This document shows positions 62,801 through 64,000 of a stretch of 64,000 nucleotides of DNA, piece after piece. The position numbers were made by a program, and so were the translations under genes. The notes under the pieces were generated by a model. The model searched no databases. It had not been told where the DNA came from and saw only the letters and a list, made by a program, of their open reading frames with translations. Source of the stretch: Blepharisma stoltei ATCC 30299 (Eukaryota > Protista > Ciliophora); NCBI GenBank assembly GCA_965603825.1, contig CBFDEM010000003.1, forward strand, positions 310,001 through 374,000, read 5' to 3'. The first letter of the stretch is position 1; each line of letters opens with the position of its first letter.

Positions 62801-64000
62801 GCAGTATTTTTCAAATCATTCCCCTTCTTTTAATCCTGCTAGAGAGATAGATAGTAATTTAAAATCTATTCTTTCAGAGTTTGCGAAACTATTAAGAATC
62901 TCTTTAATATTATTCTTAAACCTCATCATTTTTCGTTCTATTTCAAATTTAAGACCTTTATGTGCAGCACTCACTTTTACCTCAATTTCATTAATTTTTG
63001 TTAGTAATTCCATTTCTTCAAAAATTGCTTTAGCAGCTGATAAGCCACAGGTATCATTATCTTTTATGATATCAAATATTTTTGCACTTAGTTTATTATA
63101 ATGATCAGAATATTGCTCTACTGCATTTGCGATAGAGGACTCTAAGTTTTCAATGTCAATAATCTCTTTGAACATATCTATTTCTTTAATATTGCTCAAA
63201 ATTTCGAAATGATTAATTATAGTATCAATATCATTTTCTTCAGTTTTATCCTTAGCGTATAATGGCGCTAAATTCCCAACTACAGCCAATATAGAAGATT
63301 TTATTATTTCTAAGAGTTCTTTATATTTTATGTCTAAATCACTCAAATTCAAGTATTCCCCAATATTTTTTAAGTATGTTTTAACTTGTCTGATGTTACT
63401 AGAACATAAATTAAAATCCTTAATTTCAAAACTCTTTTCTGCTTCCTTTATCATGTTAATAATAAAATTTTCATATATCAGCTTTAATTCAGAATTTTTC
63501 CCATTAAACTCTTCGAAAAATTCAGCAATAAGACTCAAATTTTTTAGTTTAGCTTTAGCAACTTCAATATCAAAATTTTCAATATTATTTTTTTCATTTC
63601 ATTTGAGCTGCTGCTCAATATTATTCAAGAATTCTTCCGGAGAAGGTGTTTCTCCTTTTAGATGGCTTTCTCTAATTTTTTCTGATTCTTTAATTTCATT
63701 GAAGCTGCACTTATATGCTTCTACTATATCTTTGAGTAAAACATTCTTCTCATGAACTGAACTATTGAATAGCTTAGTAGCAGAATGAAATATTTCATTG
63801 GTTCCTTCAATTACTGAGTCGACGCATTGTTTGTATTTTTCTTCATATTCTTTAAATAAAAAAGATAATGTTTTTAAATCTTCTAGCCTGTCTTTTATTA
63901 TAGAGTAGTCCCTTTTTCGTAGGGCAGTTTCAATCTCTCCTTTATGAATATCAATTTGACTTTGTATTTTTTCTCTTGATTCTGATGTCAAAAAACAATT
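56864..64000 (-). CDS. Giant helical protein with a SecA-like DEAD ATPase/helicase and a C-terminal vWA domain; 5'-partial (>2370 aa)
   Basis: Nine ORFs share one frame and are separated only by TGA. Motifs QILTGEGKS, YGTFNELCE, LLIDEVD, GVTGT, FGRGIDF and GGVHVIQTF...QIMGRSARQGQQGS; vWA-like IIILLQATEPM...GGKGNEA...VILIGD...GIPIHGFY. Confidence 0.82.

Noticed and set aside
1-64000. Apparent pseudogenes or fragmented genes throughout the ORF track
   Set aside because: Breaks are in-frame TGA codons at Trp positions or 15-nt introns; no frameshift is needed anywhere I checked.

Overview
Gene-dense, AT-rich eukaryotic DNA that reads as the somatic (macronuclear) genome of a heterotrich ciliate, most likely Blepharisma. 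Two rules reconcile the fragmented ORF track. First, TGA encodes Trp while TAA/TAG remain stops: TGA falls at conserved Trp positions in dynein, Snu114, RCC1 and oligopeptidase, and swaps reciprocally with TGG between two paralogues. Second, genes carry 15-nt GT..AG introns with an invariant A at position 10 (19 found). Applying both rules gives about 30 genes. Recognisable ones include rotatin, an RCC1-repeat protein, an MFS transporter, a 7TM-RGS, Vps41, a kinase, a VHS protein, a MARCH E3, an EF-hand protein, oligopeptidase B, an axonemal dynein heavy chain, Snu114/EFTUD2 and DNAAF4. The most unusual items are a giant (>2300 aa) SecA-like ATPase-vWA protein, a length-matched pair of secreted collagen-like proteins, a PARP-zinc-finger/F-box/XPA-like fusion, a tandem double Atg8-like protein with no C-terminal Gly, and a kinase separated from Vps41 by one in-frame TAA plus 12 nt. 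No rRNA, tRNA, CRISPR, telomeric repeat or transposon was recognised. All domain calls are by eye, from recalled motifs, not database searches.
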